From Guillardia theta CCMP2712 (lineage: Eukaryota; Protista; Cryptophyta), in contig NW_005434660.1 in assembly GCF_000315625.1 (NCBI RefSeq), positions 1 through 64,000 on the forward strand: 64,000 nucleotides of DNA, given 5' to 3'. The translations under genes were made by a program, and so were the position numbers. Within the stretch, counting starts at the first letter, position 1, and each line of letters opens with the position of its first letter. Below are positions 48,001 through 62,800 of this stretch, one piece after another. Below the pieces are notes generated by a model. The model did not search any database. It was not told the origin of the DNA and saw nothing but the letters and a program-made list of their open reading frames with translations.

Positions 48001-51000
48001 TGTGTCCACCACCAATCCCTATCCCGGCAGGGATCGGAAGGACGTTGGGTGGTTTTCGGACTGGCAGAGCGACGGGGGAATGAGTGTCGATGTGTTTTCT
48101 TTCGATCCAGGCTTCAGACTAGGGATGTTCTATGTATCTGTGTTTGCTCATAGCTACCTTGACATGGGTATCGCAGCGTTTGCTGACAAAACTCCAATCA
48201 GTTTGGAGCTGGGCAGGACGATCCGTGCGACGGTCAACACGTACTCCTACCTTTACTATCAATACGAGGTGCGTGCAGCACATGTCAATCTCTCGATCAT
48301 CGCGACCGAGGAGACGAGCGGAAGATACATGACAATGCTCGTCATGCGCGAAAAAATCCCCACGACGACTGAGAACATCTTTGAGTCTAGTGTAAGTCCT
48401 CCACAACACTCTTGTCTATCCCTGACTCTGAGTTGTCGAACCAGATACCTGCTGACAACAAGTCCATCGCGTTCTTCCTTAGCAAGCCTTTGCCTGGAAG
48501 ATACATCGTCATGATTCACTTCTACAAGTTGGGGTACGCAGGACCTGTCCTCACCCACCAGTACACGCTCACTGCTCGCACGGACTTCTACACTCCCTCG
48601 ACTATTCGAGATGTTCCCGCAAACTTCCAGGTGACACGGAAAAGAGTTGTCTGTCCGTCCGCCTGTCAGTCTCCCTCTCCCTCTCCCTCTCCCACTCCCA
48701 CTCCCACTCCCTCTCAAACGCGCATGCCGCTGCTCAACAAAATCGCAGGTGCTGCAGTACAAGCGCTGGGAGAACTTGGGGCTGCCGACACCTCCCAGCT
48801 GGGATCTTGAGAGGCCGCAAAGTCAGATCTCCTTCCTGAACCTCGGGACGGCGGTGGAGGTTGTGTTACAAGGAGATTCGTGGGTCTACTACAACTGCTA
48901 CGTTGAAAAGTTCGCGTCAAAACTCTACGTGACCGCCCAGCCGACCGTCTCCGGGCTATCAGCACAGCTCTACATCCAGTACAAGTCCAAGCCCACCCCT
49001 GCCCTCTTCCTTCAGCGGTCGATCGCGCCTGATGCCACCGGTACCTACCGCCTGGAGATTGACAACCCATCGACAAAGGACGTCTATGTCATCGGGATAC
49101 TTGTCACCGCCAAACAGCAGCCGGGCATGCAGCTCGTCCTGTGGGCCGATATCACTCCTGGGGTGCACTTGTACCCTAATGTGACGACCCTCAAGAACTA
49201 CCTGATCTCATTCAGCGTGCAACCAGCTCTCACCTACCAGTTCTACCAGATCTCTCTGCCCGCAAACCAGATGGACATCAATATTCAGGTCACTCACTTG
49301 TCAGGAAAGACTGACATCATCATGTCAAACGTCAACCAGTGGCCGACTCGTGCTAACTACAACCAGTCCGCTCTCGGCTGGTGGCGATCAGAAGTTCAAG
49401 TCGGAGGAGGATCTGAGTTGAGCGTGAAGACTTACCAGGACGGCTACAAGATTAACACGACATACTATGTCTCCATCTTCGCGCCTGTGTCTTCCACGTA
49501 CTACATCCTGGCGAGGTTGGACTTTCCTCCTCCTACAATTGGGATAGGAAGTACTTTCAGAGGAGACGTCGCTGTTTTCGCCTTCGCTACCTACAGGTTC
49601 TACCCAGAAGGCAGGATCTTGAACAGCCTTGTCTTCATCGTCAAGCTTCAGGCTCCTTTCACTACTGGGCTCACAGTCTATATGAAGATCGGCAAGGTTT
49701 AACCTGAAACCCCCCCCCCTCCCCCAAACTCCCTCCTCCTCTTTCTCTTTCCTCCTATTTTTGCTCTTCCTGCCTCCGGTCTTGCTCTCGCCTGTCTGAC
49801 ATTTTCCTTGACTTCACTGTTGTGCTTCACTCTTTCGTCCTCCCCTGAATCATTCCGCCTGCTGTTGTCTCCTCTCTTCCTCTCTGATCTTTAATTGCAT
49901 CGCAGGTTCCGACACTTCAGGATTATGACATGATCGTTGAGACGTGTAACGAATACGGGGAGTACATCCTCATCATTCCATACCCGCAGATCAGCAGCGT
50001 CTTCTTCGTGGGCATGTTCGGCCTGCAGAAGAACCTCTTGCTCTCAACAGAGAACTACCAATTTCTCGGTCAACTCATCACAGGAGAGGATTTCAAGAGG
50101 TACCGCAGCAGTTCCTTCCACCTCCTCCCCCCTGCACCGGAGGTCAACTTGACGTCTCCTCCTCCTCTGCTGCCCCCCGACACGTCGCTCTCAAGCATGG
50201 CGCGCAACGACGGATCCTGGATCTTCCTGAGGGTTCAAGTGGCTGAGAGGATGAGGATAAATGCACACGTTGACTTGGGTGTCGGCAATGCAATCAACAT
50301 GTCAGCCATGAATATCTCCAGCACAACCTTGACGACCAACAGCTCGATCCTCAATGTCACTTCCAACATCAGCAGCAATTCCTCGTCACCCGTCAATCTT
50401 CCTGCTCGCGCTTTCTTGCTCGTGAGAAGAGACGGTCCCCCTTACCGCGTGCTTCCTCCAAGTAACACATCGCAGCTTGACAAGTTTATTTTCGATTTTT
50501 GTGCTGTAGACGCCAAAGGAATATGTCTTGCGGCACAGGATGTGGAGCTTGAGTTGGACCCTCCCTCGATGACTTCGAATCAGACCTCATGGTACATCGG
50601 GGTGTATGTTGTTGGTTGCAGGACGAGGGAGCAATGTTCATCTTGGGGGTTGTTGTCAAGTTCGTTTCAAGATTGCTTCTGCACACACAACCAATCTGTT
50701 GCCTATAACATCACAATCAGTTCGACGAGGGTGAATCGTTTTCCTGTGCACTTGATGTTGAATCCGACCAATGTTGGCAACATCAGCTCACCCTTTGACA
50801 CATGTCGGTATTACAAGTACAGCTTCGTCGGAAACAAAATCATAGTCCTCACGATCTCCTTGGTTACAGGAAGAGCAACCATCTTCGCCTCTTCTGAGAT
50901 TCCTTTCCCTTCCAGATCTCACAATGGCACTCTGCTTTCCTCCGAGAGCGTCACCGGTAACCCAACGCTCACTGCGGAAATCGATGGAAAGAATGCGGAG

Positions 51001-54000
51001 AACTTCTTCTACGTGGGAGTTTGCACGGAAACGTTTGCTGCCTATCAGCTGAGGAGTTATGTAACCGAACGGCTCATTCATGTTAGGCTGAACATGAAAT
51101 ACTCCGGCAGACTAGGTGATGACGATCGAAATCAATTATGCATGAGAGGATATTGATGTAGATGATGTAGATGATGTAGGTAGGGTAATGATGATTTCGA
51201 TGCTGATGATTATGCCACTGACTATCGATATTCGCGTTGATGACAAACATGACTGTTTTTCCTCAGAGCTGAATAAGATCGTTCCTTCAAACTCGTTCAT
51301 CATCGATGGAGATGCTCATTTAGGACGGAGAATATCCATCCGTGTCAAACCAGTGAACACAGCATGTGACGGTAGACTCTGCAACGACCTTCTCTGTTGT
51401 TCCGGTCGAAATCCTTTCAGTGGCTTTCAAGTTCTACTGAACAAAGACCATCCTGCAACTTTGGTAAATCAATTACCCGAAGATATTCCTAACATACATG
51501 ACGGTGTTTGCTCGTGTGTGCAGTTCTCGGCGAATGATTTTGATGTTAATCGATCTGTACTTTCTGGTCCCAATCGAGATTGCATTGCAACCCGTAAGAA
51601 ATTCTTGCAAGATGTCGGTCAACATGTATCATGCTGATCTCTTAATTGCAGAGCCTTGCGCGGGTGGAACATGTTGCTCAACGAACTCGACCTACGAGGT
51701 GATTAGAAGCGAGATGTAAACGTTGTGTCGGTGACTCCAGGAGCAGTTGATTGTGGAAAGTGAGCTGTTTAAGAGCATCTTCATCAATGTTCGAGCTGCT
51801 CCTCAGTCTTACAACTTGTCTCGTTATACCGATACCTTTGAGATCACCGTCGACTTCGTGGAATTCCAACCCCCTCCCGTCTCCAACGCCACCCAATCGC
51901 TACTCGATCATTATTCTTTTCAGGTTGTCGATGGACAGCAGAACCTGGAGAAAACAAGGGTTCCATGGAAACAAGTTGACAACAATTCCGTCTTGAAAGA
52001 CAAGGAAAGCATCTCATATGTTGCGTCCACGATGCTGATTGCCTTGCAGGTTGAGTATTCACGATGGAACCTGTATCGATTTTTCTCCTCAGTCAATGGG
52101 ATGTTGTCACTGCAGGTCAAACAGGACTTAGGATCGGGTGGGATGGTGCTGAAGGTGAAGAAGAAGACTCCTCCTCTGCCTCTGGCATCTCCTCCCGCGG
52201 TTAGTTCTACACCCTGCGACTTGACACGTTCTTCTAACCTGTGATGATATTACTAGAACTGTTCGTTGCTAGAACTTTATTTTCCAGGCAACAACTGCAG
52301 GTAACACATCTTGACAGCACATCCACTTTCGCTTCTCACTGGTAATCACAGTGATGGTATACAAGAAAGCAACGATGTTTCTTGTTACGGGGCCGAAGGG
52401 AACAGGCTGAGAATGCTGAATGAGATCAGAATTCCTGCGATCTCGGATAATCCGGCTGATGGAGCGTTTGTTTCTTGTCAAGTTCTGACCAGTCAGAGTG
52501 AAGAAGTTTTCTTTGCCATCTTCGGAGAGATTGAAGTGTTTTCTCCCTACTCGTACGAAATGACGTTCGATTTCAAGAAGAAAACGGACTTTGGGCGTGA
52601 AGTGACTTGTACCAACATGTCGGTCGGCTCATCCTTCAATGGATCTCTTCTACAAACAGAGATGAAACTGCTCTACATCTCAAACATCTCGCCTGACATG
52701 GACATTGACATCATCTTATCTACATCACTCAAGTGAGAACCAGGTTGCTTCCAGTCTCTCCATGTTTCTGATGTTATGGCAGCGCCAAGTACGGGAGATG
52801 CTCTTACGGAGAAACTGATGGGATGAGTTGCTTCATGGTCAAACTCCCTCCGCCGGATCTTCAATGCCAGTCTGTCAGTGCAGCCTGGACGGACAGCAGG
52901 GGCGACGCATGTCAGCAGTACGAAGAAGAGCCGTCTCGATGTCAGTTTGCTTCTTTCTTTGCAAACGCGTCGAGAGACGCGTCGGTAGAGTGCTGCGGGT
53001 GCGGTGGTGGAAAACGTTCTGATTTCACGAGGATTCCAGACAGTTTGCTGCCCTGTCGGGGCTGTCTCATTGAGAGAGGATGGAAATATACAGGAGATAC
53101 CATCTTCTTCTCTCGTTTCAACCTCACCAGCGAGTGGACAAACTGCAGTTTGTTCACTTGGAGTCACTTGCTAACGGTTGCAAGGTCAAACTTGACCTGC
53201 GTCTCAACCGTCACCAACAGGTTGAACGACGCGTTCTTGACTCATCATGAAGTCGACCTCATCTCGGTAGACAGCGAAGCTGAATGCTGCGATCTTTGCA
53301 GGAACAATTCCTTATGCACTCACTGGACTATGACCTACGACAGCGTTTGCCTCCGATGCGACAACCAGCACTCTGCTATGGATTTCATTGATATTCTTAA
53401 TAAGCAAAAGGCCTCGAGCTTGCAAGAATCGGCAATCCTCAACATCTCTCGGGCTCCTCGTTGCTTCTCTACAAGGTCGTTTGGATGTTGCCGCATGTTG
53501 AACGCAACTCAGCAAGTCGTCGATGCAACTCGCGTCACCGACGTCAAGAGCACTTCTGGTGCGTTTGGACGATGCGTGCAGACAGAAAACGGTCATGTCG
53601 TGATGAAGTGGACGAATACACAAGATTGCAATTCCACCAGTGCTGACAGCATGAAACATCCAATTATAGGTGCCTTCAGTTGCCCCTTCCTCTCCTGCTT
53701 TCTCCCCCTCCGCTGTTTCCTTAGTCTTTCCTCCTCGTGCTTCTGCTTTTGTTATCCTCTAACACAGTCAGTAGGATCCCTGGAGGCTCAGGCTGGGCAG
53801 CAGCAGGACGACCGTCAGCTGTTCTCATATGCGGGGAGCGAAGCGACAGCGACATGTCTGATGATGTGGAACGGGACAAGCGTTGACCTGAGAGACGGAT
53901 CGCGAACAGAAGCTAGTCCGACATGCTTGAATTGGTCTTGGAAGACTATCTCTCTTATTTCCAGTCTACAGCACGTCAAGATGTGCCTGGCAAATGTATG

Positions 54001-57000
54001 ATCGCCAGTTTGACTTCAGTCAGGTTGACAGCATTGACAGATTGCCGGAGGCTCGACGACTGCAAGAGTTGTACCATGTACAGCGACAGTCTACCGGGTT
54101 GTTAGCAATCAGACGATCACGTTGAAATTTGTGAATTCAGAGGATTTGGTGGATCGATCGATGCTCGAGTGGGATGTGCGATCAAACAGCATCGTCTCTT
54201 CTTCTGCTCTCTGCCTGTCTGTCCGCAAGACTGATAACAGGATGGAAGTCACCAACTGCAGCTCTGCTGCGGAACAGTCTTGGACGTTCGACTTCAACAA
54301 TGGACAGGTATGGAGGTTATTTTGTCTTGTGCAATACTCATTTCGATATTCTCTAACTCTGATCATGCCTTCCTCTTGTTTCAATCAGGTAACAAACTCG
54401 TTCACACAACGCTGCTTGACTTCATTTCCTGTTTGTCCGATGGTAAGTCAATGATATCAATCTTCCCATTCTCAACATTGACAGGATGCAAACGAATGGA
54501 ACTCGGAGTGTGTTTCAGTGAGCTCTGGTTTGACAGCGGAAATCTGCATGCACTCAACGACGTATCAAGTTCAGTCTACCATCCTTGCAGGTTCTCAATT
54601 TGACGACTAGAATTTGACATGTCTGATGTTGTTGGACAGACTCTCTGAAGAGAAAAGAACTCTCTTTTCAGCTCACTGCTCTCCTTCCATCCGACTGGAC
54701 CTTATCAACTTCATATCGACAAGTGTCATTCATTTCATTTTGCATTTCCTCGCGCTCTGACCTGTTCTCGTACAGTCACCAGTTCTCATTCAAGAAGACA
54801 GACTGATTGGGATTTACCTGACACCAACAACAGCAGATAAACAGACATTTCGTCTGAAAGTGGTAGATGCTTCGTAGGTTACCTTGAGTCCTCAATTTCT
54901 CTTTCAGAATGAGGGCTTCGTGTTTGAGAAGCACTTTGGAATCTACTTGTTCTTGCAAGACAACCTTGCTGATCTCAGGATCGAGACTAAGACACGTGAT
55001 GCGACGTTGAAGGAAACTTCTGTAATTGATGTCTGTATTCTCATTCACTTCTCACTTGCTGTTGCAGATGTCAAAGGGAGATCTTGTTGGTCTCACAGAA
55101 ATTGACAAGGTGAATGCGACTAGCTGCAGTTTCTTGTAAACAAAACCTCGCAGAATCTTCGTTCTTTGCAAACGACGGTTCCTCCGGGAGGGTCTCTTGA
55201 CATCGGTAAGTTATCTTACCATTGCAAACTGTGGGATCGAAACAGAATCTTGTTTTCATGAGAGGCACAAGTATATGTTCATGACTTCATTTCCAGGATT
55301 CACTCACTTCAACATCTTATCTGCAATCGAAGTCTGAAACGTTTGTTTTTTAATTTTTGAGGTGATAATGAGACAGGTTGAACTAGGACTTCTTGTCTCT
55401 GCAAAACCTTTGGAGGTGCCGAAGAGACCAGAAGAGAATCGATCACCTCTGACATCTTTTGATAGCATATCTTGTCAATGTTCGCTGTCTGGAGCTCGAG
55501 GATGGTACTAGAGCAAGAGCACATCAGCGTGTGCGGAAAGCTATTCCCCGGATCATTCACAGTCTGTACGTCTTCCGACATGTTCGACCTAGGAAATCAA
55601 GTCTCAAGTCTTATACTTCCAGTCGGGTGATTACCTCTACTTCAATCTTCAATCTTCCATGTTCATGGAAATGTTTTCTTCAGGAGCACCGAGGGATTCG
55701 AAGTTTCTATCTCAGCAAACGTTACAGTCCCTTGTCAATTTCGCTTCTCAGTGTTGTCGTCGACAGCGAGACTGAGCTCATCATACCTGTTGACAAGTTA
55801 CAAGTGGAACAGCAGCATTGTTCGCATGAATCAAACAATCTATGTTGCAGCTTTCAGCGATCTCCTTCTGATCTTCTTGAACCGCACTGAATGTCTCGCC
55901 GAGGAACAAACAGTCGAATTTGCCGTTGATGCTTCGGCTCAGGTGAAATAACCATTCTATGTATGTGTTGTTGGCCTATTGTGATGATGACGATGATGAC
56001 GATGACGATGACGATCGCACTTGTGACGAAATTCATCAGCTGCCTGCTGAGATCGATCTCATTGGACCGCAAACATACATATTCGATATGATCGCGAGAT
56101 CGTCACGGTCTTCACATCTCAGCCAACACAAGTTGAAAGATTGAAACTCGTGCAGGTTGATCAAGTTTAATGTGGCTGATGGCCAATTTCATTTCTTTCA
56201 ATTCTGTTTAAGGAACAAAAGTTCTGCAATCCTGGTGCGTCCGTTGCGCTGGTTTTTTTTGAACATTCAACGATCTTTCAGACGATGCGCAAGATAGAAG
56301 ACGATCGAAACAATGCCGCAAACATCTTTGAACGTCTCGTTTACATCACAAATGACCAGCAGATTGTTCTATCACCAGCAGACGAAGATTTTGTCACAGG
56401 TCCAATGGAAGACAGAAGTGAGAGGACATAAAATTTTGTGAATCAGGAGATTGGATGTTATCGATAGAGGCTGAAGTGGACATGATAGTTGAAATGTCTT
56501 ATGAGACTGTAAGTTGCAAGAGTTTGTTCAGATCTTCATTTTACCTTCATGTCTTCAGGTGGAGAAAGCTTTTCAAATATCCTTCAATCAGGTCAAAATT
56601 CTCTCCTATCTCTCCTTTCCTGACAAAAACAATTCTCAAGAAATACTCTCTCAAACTGCCAGAAAGGGAAACATTTGACCAGGGTCTGCTGCTCCTTCCA
56701 GCTCAAGCAAAGGTCCTCTATCTACCCCTCCCCTCACAGCGTGACACATCACCTCCTTCAGACTTTCAGGCTGGCGTATAATCCCCTGTCCTCTCTCGAC
56801 GTCCTGCTGCTCTTTTCTCTTCCTGCGGACTTTCAGGTGGGATGATGAAACAGGGGAGGCTGCAACTCACTTTCCTTCCTGTCCCCCTTTCCTTCTTCTG
56901 CTATCCTTCTATCCTAATCTCTCAACCATTCTCTTTTCCTTCCTTTTGCTCCCCCTTGACTTCTCCCTCCTCCCTCCTCTCTCCTCTCCTCTCCTCTCCT

Positions 57001-58225
57001 CTCCTCTCCTCTCCTCTCCTCTCTTCCCCTCCCCTCCGCTCATCGTTTTGTTCCAGTGCGAACTTTCTGCCTTGATGCGTTGGGAACTTCCACCGACCTC
57101 CCGCGAGTGGGGAGCAGGTGTTGTATTGGCTTAAACTGCCTCCTTTTGTCCCTTGTCAACTCCAGCTGTACATCTCCGTTCTCAGCTCGTACTCGTTCTG
57201 CCCCTCTTCAGCTGGGGTTGGTAAGTTCCCGCTGACTTTTCGATCCACAGCATCTCTTACTTCAAACTCTCTCAACCTGTCGCTTCCCTGGAAGACTTCC
57301 TCCCGCCAAGCATTCTTGTCCATCTCCAGGTTCGACAAGGGAGGACAGCGGAGGCAGGGAAAAAGAAGGGGAGAGAACCCGAGAGGGAGGAGGGAAGGGA
57401 AGAGGGAGGGAGGAGGGAGGAGGGAGGGAGGAGGGAGGAGGGAGGGAGTTGGAAAGTGGAGGGAGAGGTGAAATGTGGGGAGGGAGGAGGGATAGGCGAG
57501 ATGGGGGCTGGGAGGAGGGAGAGGAGGGGGAAGGGATGGGGGGGGGAAGGATGACTGGGCGGTCAGGTGTCCTCTTGGATATCTGGGCAACGGGACTCAT
57601 TGCCTGTCTGTGTCATCATCGGGTAGAGGAACAGATTTCTGTTGTCAGGTAAGAGCAGACTGAATCTTGACAGCAGTGATGATAGTGATGACGATTGGGA
57701 TGTTGAGGACTGTAGGAATGATGGAGAAGGAGATTGTGGATGGTAATGGTGGTGGTGGTGGTAGTGGTGATGGTGATGATGATAGCGATGACGTAGACGA
57801 CGATGATGACGACGATGATGATATTATCAGTAGATCAGGAGGAGAATAGTGGTAGGAATTGTTGCTGTAGTAGAACGAGGAGGTGTTGGTGTTGGTGGTG
57901 GGGAGAGGCAGCAGAAAGAGGATGTTGACTGAGGTTGTGCCAGGTAAATGGCCAGTGTGAGTTGAACACCACCATCGCAAACATGACAGACTCTCAATCC
58001 TCATGCTATGTAAAGTTTTATGTGACAACCATTTAAGATCGGCATGCCGACATGTAAATACGATGTAACAATACAAGAAGACCAAACCAACACATGATCT
58101 TGTTATCTCATCTTTGAAGGCCAGGCAATGGTATCAGCTGCTACAGGTTCAGCTCGCAAGCATTCTATGGTACAAACTCACCTGCTCTGTTCAAATTGAA
58201 CATCTCCACTCCAACAGGACCATAG
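45091..58225 (+). CDS. Giant secreted mosaic protein: signal peptide, PPC-like domain, Fn3-associated/CHB_HEX_C-like repeats, many PPC-like beta-sandwich repeats, Cys-rich module, PAN/apple-like and ricin-B-like domains (3' end approximate)
   Basis: MRTWRLLLLMAAINAMSAA; PPNDN..SVWWKWT..GSDFDTTVAVY..TYLIAVGG; FYTLDGTVP and HYTLDGQEP; repeated Y/F-x-Y/F..P..WYIGV units; ECCDLCRNNSLCTHWT; CLSV..C..EQSWTF. Long same-strand ORFs are linked by short introns. Confidence 0.75.
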
Positions 58226-58379
58226 ACAGCCTGTAACCTTGCTTCAGCAGCTTCCCCTTGCCCTTTCCTGCTGCATGCTTGCTCCTGTTCCCTCCTCACC
58301 CCTGCTCTCCTCCCTTACTCAATCTGCCCTCCTCACTCTCTCTTCAGCTCTCTTCCCCTCTCTCCTCCTCACAACCTTG

Positions 58380-59475
58380 AAGTAGTGCTGGGCAGGAGCC
58401 TCACTCGGGTACTCCTCCTGCTCCTCCCTCGCCTGCTCCGAGTCAGTGCACTCAAACCCCAGCAGTCAGCCTCACCATCCTCTGCCTCGCCCTCAGCCCT
58501 TCGTTACTGACAGCAGCGTCATCTTCGCACCGATCAGCAGCACCGTCTCACCTCTTCTCCTCCTCCTCTCTCCCGCTCGTCAGGTGCCTCCACTCGTAGT
58601 CATACTGCGACTCAGGGTAGCTCCTCCTCGACCCATCCATCATCCGTTCGTCCCCCTCCACCTCCCTCACGGCCCCTTGAGGGATCTTCATGTCCGGCCC
58701 GTACTTGGCCTTCACGTACTCCGGCGTCAGCCTCCCTGAAGGGTACTCCGAGCACCCGATGCCGGAGGGATCCTGTTCACAAGGGGAGGCAGAGGCTACT
58801 GGGAACTGGTTGTTGCTGATGGCCGAGTCGATGCGCTGTCGGATGATCCTCTTCGACCTCTGCTTCGTGCGCTCCGTCGCCTCCCATGCATCCTACGAGA
58901 CGTCAGAGCCGTGATGACGTCATCTCGTTCCCCTCGCTGACCTTGGGAGTGAGCAACTGCCCTCCCCCTGCCGCTTGCAGAAGATTTTGCATAGCGCGAG
59001 ATTCCTCGTCTTCGGGAACCTGGGCAACGAAGGAAGAAAGTCAAGTGAGCGAAGTATAGGATCAATCGCGGCATGAAGCAGGAAGCTAGACACACCTTCG
59101 CTTCATCCACGTGGTACCCGTAGGGAAGGTTGGCTCTCCAGTCTTCCGGTCCTCCGACCACACCAGGAGCGCCCTTGGCCTTCTTAGCAGCACTAGGGAA
59201 CTGACTGTCGGCAAGCCAGCCATTCCAACGAATGCTTGGGGGTTGATAGCTGTCGAGCTCAGAGGTAGAGCGTTCTGACGACTGACAGGGTTCAACTAGT
59301 GAGAAGGGTACGAACACTCCTCAACAAAGACTTCTTCCCTCCTCCACCTCTCACAACAAACTTCGCCTCCCTCAGTCGTACATCCATGGTCCATCATCTT
59401 ACCATCATCGTCGTTATCAGTAGCACCGCCGCCATCGCTGCCATCACCGCTGCAACCCTCCTTGCCCCCACCATG
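58380..59475 (-). CDS. Hypothetical multi-exon protein with an N-terminal hydrophobic segment
   Basis: MVGARRVAAVMAAMAAVLLITTMM leader and coding-like exons at about 58580-58890 and 59095-59300. Confidence 0.45.
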
Positions 59476-59649
59476 ATGTCCCTTTGCGAAATTTAAAAGT
59501 ATTATTGGCCAAAATACATTCTGAAAGATTGGCTCTATAGTTTCATAGTTCCAGAAGTTGCAAAGAAAGTTTCAAAGTTTCAAAGTTCGACTGTCGGGAT
59601 CAACCCAATGAACATTTCGATTCTCCTCACCGCTAAGCGAGCGAGAAGA

Positions 59650-59729
59650 AGAGAAGAACAAGACGAGAAGGTGAGAAGAAGAACAAGACGAGAAGGTGAG
59701 AAGAAGAACAAGACGAGAAGGTGAGAAGA
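59650..59729. repeat. 25-bp purine-rich tandem repeat x3
   Basis: AGAAGAAGAACAAGACGAGAAGGTG units. Confidence 0.8.
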
Positions 59730-59820
59730 ATATGATGAAAGAAGGCAAGAAGTAGAAGCACATGATACCATATGGTTTCTCATGTCCATGTGATTTCGTG
59801 TAGCACTTTGCACGAATGGC

Positions 59821-62800
59821 ATGGCGAGCCACGATGTGAGTGATTGCGACCGCATGAACATTCTTGGTGTCTTCACGTCTCAGGTGACATGTCTTGTAAT
59901 CCTCCTCTTCATTGCTCAACAATGCAACTGCGAGCACAATGTTGGTGTCGTCATCAGACTCGATGCTTACGAATCCATCGCGTACGCTCTGACGCTCTTG
60001 GGGTCTCTTGCGAGGAAGCAGAGGGAGCTTGCAGGACCAAACCTCACGTTGAGTATCGACGTGTTTGTTGTCAGCCCTGAGCTGTCTGCTCCTCTTCATG
60101 GCCATGCTCTCTCCCACTGGGACGCAGATGAGGTTGGATGTTCCGCTTTCCTTGCTTCCCTGGGCCAGGAGACGAGGAGGATGGAATCGAAGATGTTATT
60201 TGCTGAGCATGGACAATCTCTGAGAAGCTGGTCGAGCAACAAGACTGTGTTGTTGGCTGTCGACCTATGGCTGTCACCCGATGTGTGTGATGGGGAGACA
60301 ACATCAGAACTAGCTTCCGTTCGGTCCAGATGTTTCGTAGCTCTCACTTCAGACGCTGTGAAGGTCCTCGAGCAAGGGATAGACTTTTCACCTTGGGGGA
60401 GCGCGAGACGGAAACTTGAAGTCTGGGTGCCCGGGCCCTGGGAGGAGGAGAAGCTCAGTACGCTTGCGAGCAGTAGGAGGCTGGGGATCAGATCGGTGCT
60501 GCTTCCATTTGCGTTGAATGATGCTGTTGTTGTAGAGGGTTGGAGAGATGAAGGAGTGACGGGAAGGAGGAGGAGAGAAACCAAGCAGAGAAGGAGGTTG
60601 ACGATTGGAGTGTTTGCGATGAGGAGGGAATTTACGTCTTGTGAGATTGATGCTGTCATTCATTCGTGTCGGGTTGTGTCGGAGACAAACAAACAGAACA
60701 AGGAGGATGTTGCGAGTGGAAAGAAAGCATTGGATCAAGTCATGCAGGCTGAACTACTTCTGGGAGGTCACTCTTCGCTGATTGCAAACTTGACATCACT
60801 CATGGCGCGTATCGAGACTTGCTCGCTGCTGAACAAAAGCAAGCTTCTCACCCTCACTCGATGCGTAACGAAATCAGATGTGAGATCTGCGATGATGGAG
60901 CATAACGTCTCCATCATGATGTTTGTGAGACCTTGATGCCTCCCCGTGTTGTCTTGTGACCAGCTGAAGCAGCCACACCCTTGTTTGCCTGCTACACGAA
61001 CTCTGGCGTTGCAAGTAAGAGCTGGAGGATGAGGTGGTGGTGATAGAGAGGGGGAAGGAGAAGAGAGGGAGATGGAGGGAGAGGGAGGGAGAGGAAGATT
61101 GAATGAGTAGCAAGGTATGGGGTGGAGCTCATGCTGTTGGCAGGCTCAACATGCAGGGGTCGCGATCTTGTCTGAGAGGACGCGAGTGATGATGGAGATC
61201 GTGACAGACGGGCATGACGGAGTCCTGATAGACAAGAGGGAGAGGAGAGAGGAAGAGGAACGTGAGGGGAACCTGGCGGACTGGAAGTCGGGACTGATGA
61301 AGATGACGAGTTTGCAAGACAGTGAGGGAAACTCAATGTGTTTGCTGAGGAGACTGAGCTCTGGTCAACCTGGAATCGTCTTGGCGCGTCAGGTGAAATA
61401 TTTTTCATAATGAACTTCGATCGTTTTCTTGGATCACAGATGCACTGCATGATAGATTGAAAGATTGAAATCCTTTGATCTTGCTATACATGGTTTCGGT
61501 ATTGATCTCAAACTCTGATACTTTTTACAGCATGCCTTTCTCCTGCATGTTTGGTACCGATTGACTCGCAAGGAGTTTGACCGTCCTCCAACGGTAAATT
61601 CTCCTCCTCCTCCTCCTCCTCCTCCTCCTCCTCCTCCTCCTCCTCTCCCCTTCGACCTCCCCCCCATCCCCTTGCCATGGCATCTACCTCCTCTTCGATC
61701 ATCCTTACCGCCATCACAACAATCATGTTCTTGCGCTCACCGTCATCTTCAGATAATAAGTTTTTGGCCGGGACCTCACGCTCTTCATCGTCGCACTGAA
61801 TTATTTCGCTCAGACGCGTTTCGTCGTTTCGGTTTTCATGTGGAAGAGGTAAATGTGCGAACGAGTGGTAAAGGTTTGACTGGTTGCAGCTGACTTACCC
61901 TGATTCACTGGATCATATCTTCTCTCAAAATCACACATCTCAACGCAGCAACGAACATGTCTTGTTTGCAATCGCGTCAAAACCTTCCTTGTCTTTTGTT
62001 CGAGAGTTTCGGAGGTTAAACCATTTGCACATGTGTCAAGAATCAATCCTGATGATCCGCAGCAAGACAAAGTTGAAACTCCTCGTGTGGACTTGGGATT
62101 TGATCGATTACGAAGAAGACAAGACAAGGAGGTTGGGAAATCTCTCAGTATTTATGATCTTTAACCTGATGAGTGAGCAGGAAATGGTTCGAAGAAGTGA
62201 TCAACCTTGTTGATGCAGCATTTCTCAACGAGATGGGTCGAGAGTACAAGTTGTGGTTGAAGCAGCACGGAGCAGTGAGTCGACTTGTGAAATGTCATGA
62301 AAGATAAGGCAGGAGAAGGAGAAGGAACCAGTGTTGGTTGCAGGAGAGGAGGCGGCAGATAGAAAGATGCTCGAAGATGATGGGATGGAGAGAGGGAGGG
62401 AGGGAGGGAGAGAAGCAAGCAGCAGGCAGGCAGGCATGCAGGCATGCATGCATGCAGGCAGGCAGGCAGGAGCATTCGGGTCAAGAGACTAGTTTGACGT
62501 CTCTCTGTATTCCGCAGGAAGTCCACTATGTGGATGATGGGACAGTGACGATCGGAGATAGAGGAGGAGGAAGGCGACCAAAAAGATTCCCTTTGATCGA
62601 TACAGAAGATGCAGTTGTTTTCGTAGGTAGCAAACATTACCGTTCACTCCACACCTTTCTCTGCTGTACTCCTGTTCAACCTTCTCCTTCTCCTCTTCTT
62701 CCTCTTCCTCCTCGTTCTCTACCTGATCCTCCTCCTCCCCCACAACTCCCCTCCTCCTCCTTCGTTGTTCTCTTCCCTTTCCTCGTCCCCTGTCCTCATG

